Source of the DNA: Fibrobacterales bacterium
Lineage (GTDB): Bacteria; Fibrobacterota; Fibrobacteria; Fibrobacterales; JAOPTW01
Assembly (NCBI GenBank): GCA_051532055.1
Contig: JAOPTX010000010.1
Span: 1 to 64,000 of the forward strand
DNA: 64,000 nt
Reading direction: 5' to 3'
A program made the translations under genes and the position numbers. Below the pieces are notes generated by a model. The model saw only the letters and a list, made by a program, of their open reading frames with translations. It made no database searches and was not told where the DNA came from. Positions 61,638 through 64,000 of this stretch are shown in pieces. How positions within the stretch are numbered: position 1 is the first letter of the stretch; each line of letters opens with the position of its first letter.

Positions 61638-62747
61638 ATGTCAAAAATTTACGGTGAACCCCATAAAAAAATACTTAAGGTTGGTAATCTTGAGATTTTT
61701 CCTAATGCAATCCTGTCTCCTATGCATGGAGTAACTAATTCTAGTTTTAGAAGAACGGTAAAAGAAGTTTGCGGAGGCGTCTCTGGACTGCTTGTTTCAG
61801 AATTTGTCTCAGTTGAAGGTATTACTCGATTTATTCCTAATACTATAACTCAAATGGCTTTTCACCCAGAAGAGCACCCTTTTTGCATTCAGGTATTTGG
61901 TGCAGATATTGAACGGATGGTCAAGGGTGCCGCAATGGCCCAAGAACATGGTGCTGATATGGTTGAGATAAATGCTGGCTGTCCGGCGCCAAAAGTAGTA
62001 AAGCGTGGTGGGGGTTCAGGCCTTCTTAAAGACCTTGATCACTTGCAAGAAATGCTTCAGAAAATGCGAAAAGAAATTTCAATACCCCTCTCTCTTAAAG
62101 TACGCTTGGGGTGGGATAGCGATACTATAAATGTAGTTGAAACAGCGCAACTTGCTGAGAATGAAAATCTTGACCTTTTCATCATTCATGGTAGGACCCG
62201 TACTCAAGGGTATCGTGGTGAAGCAGATTGGGAAAAAATTGCAGAAGCAAAGCAAGCGGTAAATCATATACCTGTTGTGGGCAATGGTGATGTTAAAACT
62301 GTTGAAGAGTTTATTACTCGACTTAACACTTATGGTGTTGATGGGATTTCTATAGGCCGTGGGGCCATGCACAACCCCTGGATATTTGGGCAAATTGTCG
62401 ATTACTATGAAGGGCGTGAGATACGGGTGCCGACTTATGAAGATCAGAAAAATGTCTTCATGGTTTATAAGAAAAAACTTGAAGAAGCAGGTGTTCCTGA
62501 ATTTGCAATTCTGGGTAAGATGAAACAGATCACTGCTCGCCTTATGAAGAGTATTCCCAACGCCTCAGAGGGACGTATGCTTTTACTTCGTACCGATGAG
62601 CTGGATGGTTTCATGGGGACCCTCGATTCATTTTATTCTGAGCAGGTAGCTAAGTTTGGTGAAGTACCTTTTGATCCAGGCGCTGTAAAAGACCTGAATG
62701 GAAAGGCCCGTAATGAGATACAAGAGGGTGAACACTTTTCAAAGTGA
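61638..62747 (+). CDS. tRNA-dihydrouridine synthase (DusB-like)
   Basis: LSPMHGVT...FR, QVFG, EINAGCP..KV...GGGSGL, KVRLGW, IHGRT, NGDV, IGRGA..NPW. Confidence 0.93.
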   Translation: MSKIYGEPHKKILKVGNLEIFPNAILSPMHGVTNSSFRRTVKEVCGGVSGLLVSEFVSVEGITRFIPNTITQMAFHPEEHPFCIQVFGADIERMVKGAAMAQEHGADMVEINAGCPAPKVVKRGGGSGLLKDLDHLQEMLQKMRKEISIPLSLKVRLGWDSDTINVVETAQLAENENLDLFIIHGRTRTQGYRGEADWEKIAEAKQAVNHIPVVGNGDVKTVEEFITRLNTYGVDGISIGRGAMHNPWIFGQIVDYYEGREIRVPTYEDQKNVFMVYKKKLEEAGVPEFAILGKMKQITARLMKSIPNASEGRMLLLRTDELDGFMGTLDSFYSEQVAKFGEVPFDPGAVKDLNGKARNEIQEGEHFSK

Positions 62748-62830
62748 CCCCCATTGTAAACATTGTTTAAATAACCCATCACTCTATACTCTCTCCTTTG
62801 CAATTAGGATAATTATCCTATTTTAACTTC

Positions 62831-64000
62831 ATGGCAGATATAAAACGAACTCAATCCCTCAGCGTCGCAAAACATATTGAAAAGTCTCAAAAAAAAGTGA
62901 CGGTTCTATTTACCGATATTGTTGATTCAACAAAATTTTGGGAGAAGGTAGGGGATGTTGAAGCACGAGTACAGGTTGACTTACATAATAGAGTTCTCTT
63001 TAGTGTAATCAAGCAGTACAAGGGTAAAATTCTCAAGACCATCGGTGATGCAATTATGGCTTCGTTTAAAAGTCCTGATAATGCTCTAAAGGCTGCAATT
63101 GGGTGTCAGCAAATTTTGCGCCGTGAGCGAACTGAACACAATAATTTTAACCTGCATATTCGAATTGGTATTCACTCTGGTCGCGCAATCATCGAGGATA
63201 AAGATGTCTTTGGTGATGTAGTTAATGTTGCTGCTCGGGTCGAAGGTGAAGCAGAGAAAGATGAGATTTGTATCTCAAAAAAGACTCAAGAAGTGCTCAA
63301 AAAAGAATTTCCTCTTAAGCGAGGGGGCAGCTTTCTCCCTAAGGGAAAAAAGAAAAAACTCATGCTCTATCAGGTACAATGGGAGAAGTCAGATTCCCTC
63401 ATAGGTGGTGTTCGAGTGATTACCTTTATGCCCTCAAATAAAAATCAACGTATTGCAGTGAGTGTCTCTCTGGTGGTTACACTCATCTGGCTCTACTATC
63501 TCTATAGTACTAGCATACGGTTTTTTCTTGCGGATATAGAGTGGCTTTCAATTATGTTGCTCGACCCTTTTCAAGGGGCGCGAGAATATCCATATCTTGT
63601 TTTCCCATTCCTCGGGGCGGCGCTTATTGGGCTCTACAAATTGGTTAATTATTCACACCTTTCACTCAATCTTTTCCGGGCTCTCAAAGGGGGAATGTAT
63701 GGTGCCGTGGCATACCTCATTGCCACTCTTCTATTCATTGCAAATCCAACAGATATACTGCAGAGCGATCTTATTACTTCAAATCATCTTTTTGTTGAAG
63801 TTTTGGAGCCTGATACTGACATTAAAAGTCGTCCTCGCCTCAGTGCTACTACTCTTAAACGAGTTCATATGGGGGATTTACTTCTTTTGACAGATATTGA
63901 AAAGCGTGGAGTGATAACCTGGAACAAAGTCTTGATAGCGCCAAAGCAGTATGGCTGGGTGCCTCGTGTTGTTCCTGCACGGATGGGGATACCTAAAAAG
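62831..64000 (+). CDS. Class III adenylate/guanylate cyclase with TM helices and C-terminal SH3-like domain (partial; not in ORF track)
   Basis: Hand translation open to the window end: VTVLFTDIVDST, KTIGDAIMA, RIGIHSG, DVFGDVVNVAARVE; three hydrophobic segments; ...WNKV....YGWV. Confidence 0.88.
   Translation, partial: MADIKRTQSLSVAKHIEKSQKKVTVLFTDIVDSTKFWEKVGDVEARVQVDLHNRVLFSVIKQYKGKILKTIGDAIMASFKSPDNALKAAIGCQQILRRERTEHNNFNLHIRIGIHSGRAIIEDKDVFGDVVNVAARVEGEAEKDEICISKKTQEVLKKEFPLKRGGSFLPKGKKKKLMLYQVQWEKSDSLIGGVRVITFMPSNKNQRIAVSVSLVVTLIWLYYLYSTSIRFFLADIEWLSIMLLDPFQGAREYPYLVFPFLGAALIGLYKLVNYSHLSLNLFRALKGGMYGAVAYLIATLLFIANPTDILQSDLITSNHLFVEVLEPDTDIKSRPRLSATTLKRVHMGDLLLLTDIEKRGVITWNKVLIAPKQYGWVPRVVPARMGIPKK

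Noticed and set aside
63597..63890. 97-aa ORF in the track
   Set aside because: Out-of-frame shadow within the cyclase gene starting at 62831
1..64000. CRISPR arrays, prophage, defence systems, stop-codon recoding
   Set aside because: No spaced direct repeats, phage, nuclease or integrase motifs seen; conserved genes translate full length with the standard code

Overview
Mostly a core-genome window of a moderately AT-rich Gram-negative bacterium. Ser-rich lipoproteins, PorV-like barrels and flagellar/chemotaxis accessory genes suggest a motile Fibrobacterota/FCB lineage; that taxonomy is inference only. The window opens with the 3' end of an rRNA operon (23S, 5S, terminator). It carries housekeeping genes (gltX, glnS, nadC, coaX, bioDF[H]C, guaB, pth, rplY, ispE, argF, pdxB, dus, HU/IHF), tRNA-Ser(GCT), tRNA-Gln(TTG) and an NfeD-NfeD-FloA locus. 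The most notable accessory blocks are: (i) a ~10 kb MerR + GT2/TPR glycosyltransferase operon behind a clean sigma54 promoter and a perfect 39-bp palindrome; (ii) a 7 kb three-gene barrel / 1435-aa cargo / PorV-like module resembling a T9SS cargo-shuttle pair; (iii) a chemoreceptor combining a NarX/PilJ-like sensor with a hemerythrin; (iv) a BigR/SqrR-type persulfide-sensor module running directly into the biotin genes; (v) a lipoprotein with three Cys-containing ~110-aa repeats. I also found several features missing from the ORF track: a sigma28-driven YjfB-like gene, a DUF6132-like gene, a partial adenylate cyclase, an OMP paralog remnant and a MITE-like element. No CRISPR array, prophage or intact transposase was seen. 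All calls come from motif recognition by eye; no searches were run.
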